A DNA stretch of 64,000 nucleotides from Schmidtea polychroa (taxonomy: Eukaryota): contig CM097885.1 in assembly GCA_044892525.1 (NCBI GenBank), positions 48,176,001 to 48,240,000 of the forward strand, written 5' to 3'. Positions 14,067 to 27,524 of this stretch are shown in pieces. A program made the position numbers and the translations under genes. Numbering within the stretch: the first letter of the stretch is position 1; every line of letters begins with the position of its first letter. The notes under the pieces were generated by a model. It searched no databases, was not told the origin of the DNA, and was given only the letters and a program-made list of their open reading frames with translations.

Positions 14067-17000
14067 GCTGCTTACCACTTTAGAATAAGATTTTTTATTA
14101 AAATTTGTGATAATTTGACTGATTCAATTTGATGGAGTTATTGTTAATTCGTTTTATTATATATACTCTGAGTTTATCCGACAAGATATTTTCTCCCTCT
14201 ATGGGTACTTTTCACAATTGGTAATGGTCATAAGGGTACTGATCGTAAAGGTACTGATGTGTTTTAATGATTTTATTTAGGCAAATTTTTGGTTATTATT
14301 TGGAATTAAATTCATTGGTAATTTTTAGAGTTAGCGGGATTTTACCAACATTTTTTGTGAATAATTGAAAGAATATTTAAGGCTTAGTGTTAATTCTAAG
14401 ATAAATTTAGTTAATTTCTTGATAATTTGCTATATTTTATTGACTTGTTTTAAAATTTTAAATAAAAATTAATTTTTAATGAGGTTAATAATCAAGTGAT
14501 AGGATAAATTTTGATGATGATGACTTTGTAATGATAATTTGACTAAATAATTTTTTCATATATTTTTCTAAGAATATTTACACATTGATGAACTTTAAAA
14601 TATTGAAAATCTAAAGTTGAAATCAACTAATTTTATCATGATGATGATATATTTGAAATCTACTTGAAAATTAATGTAAAATATACTGAAATTTGTGATT
14701 TAGTTTGAAAGATATATCATTTTATAATGGCTATAATTAGCCGAATCGATGATCAATCAATATATTTCATCTCTAATTAGATATTTGATGGTGAATGTGG
14801 TGAAATATTTGTAGGAAATATTCATTTTAGCGAATTTTGATCTTTTACTGAGGTCTTTGAATTTAGCTACTAAATTATTTCAATGGAAGAATGTTTGTAA
14901 CAATTAAATAAAATTCATATTTTGAAGAATTTTATATGGATTTTAAGATATATTAAAGGGCTCAAGTGGGTGAAATTATATTCGGTTGTATTTAGTGAAG
15001 GTTAAGATGGTAATATATACGATTTAAGGTGTTTAAAGAGGTAGAAATATTTGGTGAGGAATCGGTTAATGTTTTGAATATTTATATATTCTTATTGGTA
15101 AAATATCAAATTTTCAAGGGAAATAGTCAGCTATGAATAGTTCCTGTGAAATTATATCGTTTTAGAGGTTGTGATGAATGTTATTGCACAGTAATTTATG
15201 TTTCAGATCCAGTTTTTATTAATTATCCACGGTTTTATTAATGGTTAATGATCAATTTACTTGGTTTTGACAATGAAATATTTGAAATCTTTAGAATTAA
15301 TTGATGAAGTTAACTATTAATGAGTTATTGCTTTAAATTATTTTTATTTAAGAAGTTATTTTATTCATTTTGGGGATATCGTTGACAAAGCTTGAGAAAT
15401 ATTGACTTAAAAAAAATTGGAAAACAACTAAAGAAAAGTGATCTTTGAAGGAAATTTATGATTTTAATTAGATTTCTAGATATTAAATAGGTTGAATATC
15501 AGTTAATCTATTGAAGGAATATTGTTATCGGATGGATAAATGATATTTTGCTAAATTACCTTATTATATTATTATTTTAATGACTAAATTAACCAATAAT
15601 CATAAATTGATGGCACAAAATATCCATGTTTTGGTTACTCAAACACCTTAAATTTCTCGCAAAGATATACTACGCCCAATGATCATCTCATTAAATTAGA
15701 AAATAATTGTTACCCTATATTTCTAAATAATAAGCCCTTTAACTGGATAAATGATAACCATATTTCTATTATGACTCCTTTAAATATTTTTGCCTCAAAC
15801 AAATTTACTCCAAATGATAAAGAATTTAAAATTATCAATGAATAATGACCACATTTTTCTCATATTATTAACTATTGTAACGAACATTAGATGAATAAAT
15901 TACCTTTTGCTTTAAATGTCTAAAAAGTTAACCAATAAATTAGTCGCTCGACATAAGTGTAAAGTTACATTTAAAATATTCACGATCATCTCACTAAATT
16001 ACCTAAGAATTTCTAAATGAATAATATAGCCTTGTTGAGTGTGACCAGTACCCTTGCTAGCAATACCTATAGGGGGACAGAATATTTTGTCGGATAAACT
16101 AGGAGTATATGGTCTTTATTGATATATCAAAATACTGTTATTTATAAATCAACTAAAAATACTCAAAAATACTATATTATTTTACTGAATGATACCTTAA
16201 ATGTTTTTAATATACATATTTCTAAAATAAATCAACAGTTCAGACCAACAACATGTATGCAAGACCACCCATTGTTAATTTATTTCCAGTGTCACATCCC
16301 TCAAAAATACCGTGAGTGTTTTAAGAAAGCTGAGCTAAAAGAAACTTTCCAGATAACAACTCACCTGAATGTTTTGAACAAAAATGAGCGAAATTGAGAA
16401 CAAACGATTAGATGGCGATTAAATTCTGGCCACAACCCTAACAACATGAAAATTAAGATTTTAATTATTGAATTCGTTGTTTACTGTCTGGAAATACTAA
16501 CAGAATATTTTTTAATTCAAAGAATCTTCATTATAAATTTTGAATTTAAAAAATTAAATTAAGGATATATAAGTGTACATAAAATTATAATATTATATAA
16601 AATTATACTATATAATAATGTTAATGTTTAAATATGCTTAAATAACTAAATTGTTTAAATATTTTTAAATAACTAAATTAAATTATTTAAATTTAATTTA
16701 TTTAAATATACTTTTGATATAACTTTATTTCTTTCGTTTTAGTATCCATAAAGTAAGTAAATAAAGAATTTACTACAATATTTTAATTATTTTACTTAGT
16801 AATGAAGAAAATGAATTATATGATTATGAAGAAGATGAACCAGACAAAATGGTGAAACACTAAATGACTTATGTTCTGGATTTAGAAATTTCTTATTAAA
16901 ACATGAATTATAGAAAAAAAAAAGAACCAGACAAAATGGTGAAACATTGCTATGTTCTGGATTTCTTAAATGAATTAGCTGATTGTGGGTATCCTTCAAC

Positions 17001-18194
17001 ATGAATTATCAGACTTAAATTATGTAAACTTTCAACGAATGTCAAGAAAAATGGGGAAAACCGATGTTTTAGCAATTAGATATTGTAAAGTACTACCTGA
17101 AGAATATTATTATTAATGTAAGACATGAATTAATTCTTTAAAATAAATATATTATATTTAGGTATCTGTGTTTTATGGTGGGAAATGACATTGAAAAAGT
17201 ATACCACAAATAACAGTTGCCTAATTTATCAAGCCTGTGACGATAAAATGCTAGATAATGTAAGTTAATTGCTTTTAAATCAATATAAATTTTAGCAATG
17301 ATAGTTGACGCCGCATCAGAAACTAAGAAATACGTCCAATTCGCAAGATGTATTCCATGAAATCACTATCAAATGGCCTGATGGAGAGATTAATTTTGAG
17401 ATAGATTACCAACAGAAGAGCGAGAAAAATTTGTAAATTAAATATAATAGGGTTGGGTGGGTCCTCTTTATCCCTTAATTAATATATATTTACAAGCTGA
17501 TCGTCGTGGTGGGCGGTTGTAATCCAACTAGTGGGAGGCCTCTGTAAATATATATTTGTGTTAGTGAAAACAATAATTAATTTGGTTATAGTGCCAATGA
17601 CGCATGTATTTTGAAATTATACGTTTCGAATGTGCTGGTAGTTGACTACCCATGCTAGGCGTAATGTTCCGTACGGAAAACTATAATGCCCAGGTTCTTC
17701 TGACCCCACTTGGGGGAGGCACAGACGACCCTTGTGGACGCGAACAAATATCCACCGTGTCTTTCAGGCACAGATATTTGGTCACTGCTCATTAGGCCTG
17801 GCAATACTAAATGCATAAACTTTGCCTTGTCCTCTCTTGTCTCGATTTTTATCGTTTAAATATTATTAAAAATAGTATTTGTGATAAGTTTTATTTACTA
17901 ACATTAATTAATATACCCTTGCGACATGTTGAATGTGAGTAGTACCTTTGTGACCATTACCCATAGGGGGACAGAATATTTTGTCGGATAGACTATGAGT
18001 ATATACACCCATGTTAAACAAGGTATGTGTATATAGAATGTGTGTGTGTCAAATTATCGCTCCTTATTGAAAATTTCATGTAAAGGCAAACACAGAATAC
18101 TGCAAACATATAATAATACTCTACCCCATAACTTAGTGTGTAAAAATTATTTAAGGTTTTTTCACTAATAATAATAATAATAATAATAATAATG

Positions 18195-18238
<44 letters not shown>

Positions 18239-18763
18239 GTTTAATGGGTTGTATATGTGTGTAAAAAATATTTGAGGTTTTCACGAATATTGATAATAAT
18301 AATGGTTTATGAGTGTTTTTATGTTTTTGACTAATATTTGCAATAATAATAATGGTTAATGGGTTGTGTGTGTGTGTGTGTGTAGAAAATATTTTAGGTT
18401 TTCACTAATATTGATAATAATAATTGTTAGTGGGTTGTGTGAGTGTAAATAATATTTTAGGTTTTTGACTAATATTTGCAATAATAATAATAATAATAAT
18501 AAGTTTAATGAGTTGTATGTGTGTGTGTAAAAATATTTTAGGTTTTTAATATTGATAATAATAATAATAATGGTTAATGGGTTGTGTGTGTGTGTGTAAA
18601 AAATATTTTAGGTTTTCACTAATAATGATAATAATAATGGTTAATGAGTTGTGTGTGTGTGTAGAAAATATTTTAGGTTTTTAATATTGATAATAATAAT
18701 AATGGTTGAGGGGTTGTGTGTGTGTGTGTGTAAAAAAAATATTTTAGGTTTTCACTAATAATG

Positions 18764-18819
<56 letters not shown>

Positions 18820-18836
18820 TCCCGCGCGTGTTAATA
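14067..18836 (-). repeat. Right arm of ~4.8-kb internal inverted repeat
   Basis: Reverse complement of 8522-13332; unique 734-bp spacer at 13333-14066. Confidence 0.97.
16119..16397 (+). pseudogene. Possible degenerate GIY-YIG endonuclease (mirror copy 11002-11280, minus strand)
   Basis: YQNTVIYKSTKNTQKYYII resembles the IYK-x(7-10)-YIG signature; C-terminal E...LNKN resembles the conserved Glu/Asn region. TTG start. Confidence 0.3.
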
Positions 18837-19065
18837 TCATTCCCAATAATAATGATGATAATAATTTTTATATATCAGTAGATAGATCTCGCACTGGGCC
18901 TTAAAATGAGCTATAGATCAATAAAATCTGTTGGTGGGAACAATAATTTTTGGGATGAAAAAAAGTAGGTCCCCGCTGGATCACTTAATAATATTTTGAA
19001 AAATAATAATAATTTATGTGTCATCGTATGAGTCATCGAATGAGTCATCGTTCTAAAAATACATG

Positions 19066-19146
<81 letters not shown>

Positions 19147-19341
19147 TTCTTGGGAGTTGTAATAATAATTCTTTGAAAATATCTTAGTCATTATTAATAA
19201 TACTAATAATACCCTAGCGAGTTGTTGATTGTGAGCAGTACCCTGGTGACTTGTTGAATGTGAGTAGTACATTTGTGTGCAGTACCCATAGGGGGACAGA
19301 ATATCTTGTCGGATAGACTATGAGTATATAATAATTATAAT

Positions 19342-19432
<91 letters not shown>

Positions 19433-19472
19433 CTTAGAAACTAAAAACTTAGAAAATAATAATTATTTTAAT

Positions 19473-20078
19473 AAATGACCTTGAAAAATTAAATGACCTT
19501 GAAAAGTAAATGACCTTGAAAAATTAAATGACCTTGAAAAGTAAATGACCTTGAAAATTAAATGACCTTGAAAATAATAAATGACCTTGAAAAAATAAAT
19601 GACCTTGAAAAAATAAATGACCTTGAAAAAATAAATGACCTTGAAAATAATAAATGACCTTGAAAATAATAAATGACCTTGACCTTTTATTAAAAATTTG
19701 ACCTTGACCTTGATGAGTCATCGTTCTAAAAATATTAGACATCGTTGGGTGAGTCATTGGGTGAGTCATTCTCTTTGTTAATATTAATGATGATGATACC
19801 TTCTATGAATCAATCGAAAGGTCTTGCATTGGGCTTTAAAATGAGCTATCGTTGAATAATTATCGTTGTCGGGAACTCTGTACATTTAAATTTTAAAATA
19901 TGACCTTGAAAAAATAAATGACCTTGAAAAAATAAATGACCTTGAAAAAATAAATGACCTTGAAAAAATAAATGACCTTGAAAAAATAAATGACCTTGAA
20001 AAAATAAATGACCTTGAAAAAAATAAATGACCTTGACCTTGAAAATAATATTTTGAAAAATAAATGACCTTGAAAAAT
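19473..20078 (+). repeat. Two ~18-bp tandem arrays of AAATGACCTTGAAAA (~24 TGACCTTGA cores)
   Basis: About 14 cores in 19476-19713 and 10 in 19901-20073, counted by eye. Confidence 0.95.
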
Positions 20079-20099
20079 GGTCTCGGTAAAACTTTAATA

Positions 20100-20680
20100 A
20101 CTTTGCCGATGTTAATGATGATGATACCTTCTATGGCTCAATTGAAAGGTCTTAGACTACGCTTCAAAATAAGCTATCGATTAATAAATTCGGATAATGG
20201 GAACATTAATTTTTGGGATGAGAAAAAGTATGTCCCCGCCCGGCCAATTAATAATATTTTGAATAATAATAATAATTTAACGTTGAAAAGATGGTGGTCA
20301 TCAATTGTTAATAACTTTGTCAATATTAATGATGATGATACCTTCTATGGATCAATCGAAAGGTCTTGGACTGAGCTTTAAGATGAGGTATCGTCCAATA
20401 AAATCCGTTGGTGGGAACATTAATTTTTGGGATGAAAAAAAGTGTGAGCCCGCCAGGCCAATTAATAATATTTTGGAAAATAATAATAATTTAACGTTGA
20501 AAAGATGGTGGTCATCAATTGTTAATAACATTAAAACTATTAAAGATATATATGATACCTATAGCTCATTCGAAAGGTCTTGGACTGTGCTTTAAGATGA
20601 GGTATCGGTCAATAAAATCTGTTAATGGGAACATTAATTTTTGGGATGAGAAAAAGTATGTCCCCGCCCGGCCAATTAAT
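20100..20680 (+). repeat. ~214-bp tandem repeat (about 2.7 units), inverted relative to 6500-6840
   Basis: GGGAACATTAATTTTTGGGATGA recurs at ~20200, ~20413 and ~20628; further copies at ~18860-18990 and ~19780-19880. Confidence 0.88.
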
Positions 20681-20790
20681 TAAAACAAAAAATTAAAAAA
20701 AAAATTTTTTTTTTCCCGGGGGGGGGGGAGGGGGTATATGTGGCGCGGGGAGCTCCTGGTCTGGGGAGCTCCAATCATACTACTAAAATA

Positions 20791-23700
20791 AAAAACAAAA
20801 TTCTGACGATGAGGAATGTCATTCAGAAGGAGAACCTGATCATGTTGAAAGAGAAAAATATAACTGGGATGATTTTAATCATGTAGATGAATTTCAATTA
20901 GAAATCAATGGACCTATAACTCCTGGAGAATATATAAATAAAAATAAAAAAAATATTAAAAATTCTTTCACTGAAGCTTTAAAAAATTATAAACCGACAA
21001 GGTATAATGTTATAAAATATAAAATTATAATCAAAGCAAAATACTGGCGAGGAGCAGAAGAAAAGACAACACCTTTAGATGTTGAAATTGGAATACCCTT
21101 TAAATATTTATTTTCAACTAAAGGATTTGATAAAACCATCAAAGAAATAATTCAAGCAGTAGAAGCAAAACAAGAAGAGGTTGAAAATGAATTAGGAGAT
21201 TCAAACTTAGTATTCAACTCTTTCCAAACTTTAGTGATTGATTATTGGAGAGGATTACCACCTAATCCTAAATCTTATATTCCTACACCCTTTAAATCTA
21301 AAAATGTTATAAACATACAGAATAATGATAACAAATGTTTCGTCTGGTCAATACTTGCACATTTACACCCTCAAGAATCAAACCCTCAAAGAGTTTCAAA
21401 ATACAAACAATATGAAAATGAATTAATATTTCGCAAAGGATTCAAACATCCAATGAAACTAGAAGACATTCCAAAATTTGAAAGTTTAAGTAATCTTAAA
21501 ATTAATATTTATGAACGTGTTAAAGGGAAACATGTTAATAGCATAGAAATTATTCCAATTTATATTTCAGATTATGAAGTTAGAGATAATGAACCCCAGG
21601 ATAACACTAGGGAGATATATCTTTTAATCTTGGAACAACAAAATAATCAACATTATGTTTTAATAAAAAACTTTCAAGCTTTTACATCACCAGAGAATCC
21701 AACTAGTGGAGGAGGAACATGTAAAAGATGTCTTCATTATTCAACAACTAAAAACTCTATGATTAAACATACAAGATTTTGTGAAAAAGATGATCCAGCT
21801 TTAATTAAAATGCCTAATAATCCCAAGATGTATTTTAAAAACTTTTCAAATTTACTACAAACAGTAGGAGTGCTTTATGGGGACTTTGAATCTATAAATC
21901 GTAAACAAGATTTGGTTAAACAATATTTAAAAATAATAGAAAAAAATAAACTCATGGATTTATGGAACTCCTCAGGAGAGAAGATGAAACCAGAGAGGAT
22001 GAAAGCCTTTCTAAGAAAAAGGAATAAACCTAATAGTGTTAAAAAAACTAAACAATTACCATCTGCTTATAAATTATTATTTAAAAGTAATTATCCTGAA
22101 CTCATAGAATCTAGAGAATATACATTTCGAGGAATTTCAGAAACAGAAGTCTTGAATCATTTTACTAAAAGTATAAATGATCTAGAACATGAAATATTTA
22201 AAGTATTAAAAACAAACTATCCTCAAAATATTTCTAATCAACAACAACAAGAATATGAAAACACTTCCAACTGTTGGATGTGTAAACAACCATTTGAAGA
22301 GTCTCCGAATATAAAAGTCCTCGATCATGATCATTTAAAAAAGGAAAATAATTATCGAGGAGCAGCTCATAAAAATTGTAATCTTAATTGTCATACTCCT
22401 AAATTTGTACCTGTTATATTTCATAATCTTTTTGGTTATGACATACATCTATTTATTAAATATTTAGCAGCAAATGCTAAAAACTCTTTCAAAGTTATAA
22501 GACTTACAAAGGAAAAATATAAATCAGTTGAATATGGAAAATTAAAATTTATAGACTCGTTAAACTTTCTTCAAATGTCTCTAGATGGAATAGCTAAAAC
22601 AATGAAACCAGAAGATTTTAAAATCACTCGAGAATTCTTGGAAAAAAATAATATTCCTCTAGAAGAATATCCTACATGTTTAGCAAAAGGAATATATCCT
22701 TATGACTATGTTGACTCGTTTGAAAGATATAATGAAACAAGTCTTCGTAGCCAAGAAGATTTCTATTCACAACTTCAAAAAAATCATATTACAAATCAAG
22801 AATATTCTCGAGCAAATAAAATGTGGGAATTATTCAAGTGTAAAACTTTAGGAGAATATACAAGTATGTATTTATCCTTGGATGTTTATATTCTAGCAGA
22901 TTGCTTTGAAGAATTTACAAAATCTTTTGTTCTTAAACCTTACAATTATATAACAGCACCCTCTTTAGCTTGGGATACTTTATTATATACCATTTGGACT
23001 TCAAATATAGAAGAAGCTGATAAAATTATAGATCTTTTAACTAACCTCGATATGTTTAATCTAATTAAAACAAACATTAGAGGAGGAGTCTCTTCAGTAA
23101 TGGGGAATAGAGAAATAAAAGCTAGAAATGCAATAACTACTAGCAGAATGCTTTCAAAGACCTCTGATCCATATATAAAAATTAACAATGAGGAATTAAA
23201 AGAAATATTAGAAACAATGAAAAATCCTATATTTATACTTTATATAGATGCAACCGCTTTATATTCAGGAATTATGACTCAATATTTACCAATGGGTGAT
23301 TTCATTGAAATAGAATCATCAAAAGAACTTATAAAAGAAATACTTTCAACATCTAAAGATTCTCCAATAGGTTACTTTGTAGAATGTGACTTATTATATC
23401 CAGATGATATAAAATCAGGAACAAGATATTTCCCATTAGCTCCTGTAAGAAGAAAGATTGATATCAACGAACTTTCTGAATGGCAAATCTCACAAGATAA
23501 ACCCCCAACAATGAAACTTCTTTGTGATCAAACAGATCGAAGGTTTTATCTTTGTCACTATAGACTCCTCCAATTTTATCTTTCACGAAGTATGATATTA
23601 AAAAAAGTTCATAGTGTCATAAGATTTAAACAGAGGCCATTCATGAAAGCTTTTATCGAGGAGAACATTAGATGTCGAAACATTGCAAAAAGAGAAGGTA

Positions 23701-24833
23701 ACCTTTTTAAAGATAATAATTATAAACTTTTAAACAATTCAGTCTTTGGGAAGACAATGGAGAATGTTGATAAATATACTCATATTGAACTCCTAAATAA
23801 TACTGCCAAAGATATTAAGCGTTATAATCGTATGCTAGGAAAGCCTACATTTAAAAACGCACAAGTATTTTCTGAAAGTCTTACTGCAATAGAACTAAAG
23901 AGTTTTGAGAAAACATACAACAAACCAAAATTTATAGGGTTTTCAATTTTAGAACTTTCAAAATTACAAATGTATGAAACATATTATAACATCTTACAAC
24001 CTATATATGGTTCTAATATATCACTGCATGCAATGGATACAGATTCAATGTTTTTAACAATAAGAACTCATGATTTACAAAGAGATATAGCTGAAAATCC
24101 TATACTTTCAAATTTAATAAATTCAACTGGAGAATTATTTTCATTTAAAGATGAAAAACCTTTTACTCCTATAGAAAATGGAATATTTATTCGTGCTAAA
24201 CAATATTCATACGAAACATTTAAAAACCCTGAATTTATAACCCGAGAAATTATATTTAAAACCCCAGAAAAAGAGGAAATTATTTCATTTAAATATCCTA
24301 TATTCCCTAAAGGACCAGAGGGACAAGAAGAAAAACCTGTAAAGGATAACAGATGTAAAGGAATACAGAAATCCGTTGCAAAGAATCTTTCTCATCAAGA
24401 TTATATAGATACATTGAATCCAAATCATAAAGATAAAATTGATGAAGTGCATCAGATTGAAAGCGAAAACCATGATATTCACTTGATAGAATCTCAAAAA
24501 GTATCATTATCAAATTATGATGATAAGAGATTCATCCTAAGTGATTTAAAGACAACTCTTCCTATATGAAATAATTTAATACCGATAATAAAAAATCTAG
24601 AAAAGTTGAATAAGTTATATGATACAAAAATTACTGATCTTGATATTTATAATGTTGAAATCATTTATCCCGAGAGAGAAATCGAGAAGCCTTTATATTC
24701 TCAAGTTTTTAATCCTATATGTTTAGAACTTAAATATTTTAATACTGATCCTGAATATATAAAAGGTCTAAGTGATAAAGAATTTAAAGATCATAAATTA
24801 ATGATTCAAAGGTTGGCTTTCAACGATATTTAA
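20791..24833 (+). CDS. Protein-primed family B DNA polymerase (pPolB), main part; TGA at 24567-24569 probably premature
   Basis: ExoI YGDFES, EndoVII/HNH-like CWMC..DHDHL..YRGAAHKNCN, ExoII FHNLFGYD, KGIYPYDY, ExoIII YLSLDV, motif A YIDATALYS, motif B KLLNNSVFGKT, motif C MDTDS, KQY. Frame open 20793-24566 and resumes 24570-24833. Confidence 0.97.
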
Positions 24834-24928
24834 TTTTTTAATAATAAAATGTCGACAATTAATTTAAGCAACTATAGCAACCTGATCTACTTTTTTAAAA
24901 ATACACCCATTTTATAAATAAGAATTCT

Positions 24929-25511
24929 TTAACCATTTCTCCCGTTTAATTTTTTTAGAATATTCATTAGTTATAACATTAGCACTTTTTAATCTTATAA
25001 CCTCATTTTTAATATCTTGTATTATTTGATTTCATTTCATTATTTCATCATCAGTTAAGATTCCATCTTCCAAAGCTTTTAATTGAAATAAAAATAATTT
25101 AGAGATTCCTAATTCTATTGACAAACAAACTTCACGATATAAACTTTTCTTTTTTGAAGTATAAGATAATGAAACTATTTCAGTTAAGAAACCATCAGCT
25201 ACAGAAATACTTCCAAGTATTACTGGCGCAAGTGTTAAAACTGGTAAAGTTATAGGTAAAATAACTGTTAATATTGCAGATGCAAATCCTAAAGAATAAC
25301 CTATAACTTTTAAAACTGTATTCCCTTTATTCCATCTATTTTTAATTTTTTTATAATGCTTTAATAAATCTTGTAAATGTAAGGTTTCTGATTTAAATTC
25401 TTTTACTCTCATAATTTCAAGTTCTGTGGGAGCTGAAGGTCCCGAAGGTTTGGGGGAATAATATTCTGATGACAATTCTGGGTAAACATTTTCTTCTCTT
25501 ACTTCTTCCAT
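24929..25511 (-). CDS. Polinton two-helix membrane protein (GasderminX-like); stop at 25032-25034 possibly premature
   Basis: N-terminal YPEL/PSAP, basic coiled coil, hydrophobic hairpin VIGYSLGFASAILTVILPITLPVLTLAPVILGSI, C-terminal ALEDGILTDDE; frame continues ~33 codons past the TGA. Confidence 0.65.
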
Positions 25512-25605
25512 TCTAATAATTAAAAAAATAAGATTTTATTATCTGGTACCAATACTCGGATATCATAAGAGACTCTTGTTGAGAGAATGTCTTTATACAA
25601 TTCCA

Positions 25606-26496
25606 TCAATGCTTTACGAACTTCATCAACATCAACCTTTTTTCATAAAATATTAAATCTATATATTGTACAAGTGTGCTTTTAAAAATAATATTCTTAC
25701 TTTTAACTTTATGTGTTTTATGTGAATCAGTTTTATCATGCCAATATCCATGTGTTAAATCATAACCACTTATTATAACATCACCCTTTTCAAACTTACT
25801 ATTATAATCACATTTCACAAACCATTTCATTCTTTCATTATCATCATCAAATAAAAAGAAATAAGGATCAATAATCTTTACAACCATAAAAACACTCCAT
25901 TCTTTACTATTTGTTGTTATTAAAGTTGGTTCTATAAAATGTTTATATGTATGGGGTAATAATGTTTTATTCTGTTCTAATTCAGCAGCTCTTTTTCTAA
26001 TACTATGTGTGGTGTTAATGTGTGTTGTATGAGATTTTAAATTTGAAAGTCTTTTATTAAATGATGTAATCATCTCATTTATTATATTATATATTGTATT
26101 AAATTTAGTATTCATAATTTGTTTATCTTTAGAATTTAATATACTAGTATTTAACTTTACAACTTGTTCAGTTAACAGACTTTGTAACTTGTCAAATTTA
26201 TCATTAAATCGTTGTTCGATATTATTAAGCTTTGATTCCATTGAATCAATTTTTGTTGTTAATGAACTTTCAATTCTTGTTGTTGTTAAATCAGTATAAT
26301 TTTTATTAGCAGCATCACCTTCATCAATTGGTAAAGATAAATCTTTTATCTTGTGTCCATTTAAATTTAAATCTCCTTTCATTGAATCACCTCTTTCATT
26401 AACATATTTATTTTCTGTTAAAGTTAATATTTCTTCTGTATTAAACCCTGTTTTTATTGTTCCACCACCTCTATTACAAGGAATATAAGAACTCAT
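25606..26496 (-). CDS. Fibre/spike-like virion protein (296 aa)
   Basis: GDSMKGDLNLNGHKIKDLSLPIDEGDAANKNYTD tail-fibre-type repeat, then coiled coil and a globular C-terminus; adjacent to penton. Confidence 0.6.
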   Translation of the reverse strand: MSSYIPCNRGGGTIKTGFNTEEILTLTENKYVNERGDSMKGDLNLNGHKIKDLSLPIDEGDAANKNYTDLTTTRIESSLTTKIDSMESKLNNIEQRFNDKFDKLQSLLTEQVVKLNTSILNSKDKQIMNTKFNTIYNIINEMITSFNKRLSNLKSHTTHINTTHSIRKRAAELEQNKTLLPHTYKHFIEPTLITTNSKEWSVFMVVKIIDPYFFLFDDDNERMKWFVKCDYNSKFEKGDVIISGYDLTHGYWHDKTDSHKTHKVKSKNIIFKSTLVQYIDLIFYEKRLMLMKFVKH

Positions 26497-26520
26497 TTAT
26501 TAATAATTTAAAATGAATCT

Positions 26521-27105
26521 TCAAACCTGTTTCAAATGTAAATACATTGAAATCTCTTCTCCATTAAAATCAATCAATTCTCCTTCTTGATTAAGAATTT
26601 TAAAATTAATATCCATTATATATTTTCTACATAAAGGTAAATAATTTGGAGGATTCATTCTTTCAACTATTTTATATCCCATAGGAACTGTGTTTGAGGG
26701 AAAGGAATATAAAACATTTGTTTGTTTACCATTATTATAAGAACCTGTTATACAATCGCAATGAATATTTATTGTGTTTGTATTTATTATTTTTATAATA
26801 TGTTCTGATGTAACTTCAGGTGTGGTATAATGGTTTTGTGTAAATCCTAAAATTGTTCTAAAGAAACTATTATTTTGAAAACGAATTCCTATATTCTCTA
26901 AAGTCATTATACATTTTGAAGTTGGTAAATCCATTTTAATTTTAATGGCTCCTTTTGTTTTTTTAGAAAGTATAATATTTAAATCTTTTATCTCATAAGC
27001 TCCAGGTTCTATTATTACATCAACATTTCCTTTTCGACTAATAATGAATTTATTATTATCTTTAGTTATATTAAAAATAGTATTATAAGCACAAAAACAA
27101 AAAAG
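26521..27105 (-). pseudogene. Minor capsid protein (penton), 5'-truncated
   Basis: AYNTIFNI..NNKF..IEPGAYEIKDLN upstream of the called ATG, then INIHCDCITGSYNNG...GYKIVE...NQEGELIDFNGE; start region missing, overlaps the protease 3' end. Confidence 0.85.
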
Positions 27106-27524
27106 GAAGTGAAACCTTCTCCATTATTCAATCTATACAAAACATATAAACTTAAAATACCACATATTTTAGTATTATTGGGTTGAACTTGTAAAGAATT
27201 AAAAGTATAGTCTCTCTTCGAGCTTACTCCGGACAGATAGTCTTCAACTTCTTTAGTGGGTTTAATCCCAAAAGAATCAAAGTAGATAGGGACTTCGTCC
27301 ATATATATACAAACCCAATGAGATCCTTTTTCATTTGAATTTTGATAATTGATTATTATATTCTTTGGAGTGACTCTTTGACCTTTGACCTTCGGACCTT
27401 TCAATTCATCATTCATTAATATTTTTATTTTTAAATTTAAATAATCTGCATAATCTTTTAAATTAAAATTTGTTTTTGCATTTATTCCAAATGTTTTTAA
27501 AAAATCTAATATTGAAGGAGTCAT
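27066..27524 (-). CDS. Adenain-like cysteine maturation protease
   Basis: GSHWVC, YFDSFG, QVQ...CG (His-Asp-Gln-Cys); the C-terminal tail appears to derive from a junction with penton. Confidence 0.92.
   Translation of the reverse strand: MTPSILDFLKTFGINAKTNFNLKDYADYLNLKIKILMNDELKGPKVKGQRVTPKNIIINYQNSNEKGSHWVCIYMDEVPIYFDSFGIKPTKEVEDYLSGVSSKRDYTFNSLQVQPNNTKICGILSLYVLYRLNNGEGFTSFFVFVLIILFLI

Noticed and set aside
19524..20595. ORFs with FQGHL repeats and duplicated NINFWDEKK segments
   Set aside because: Products of the 18-bp and ~214-bp DNA tandem repeats; frames are not kept between units.
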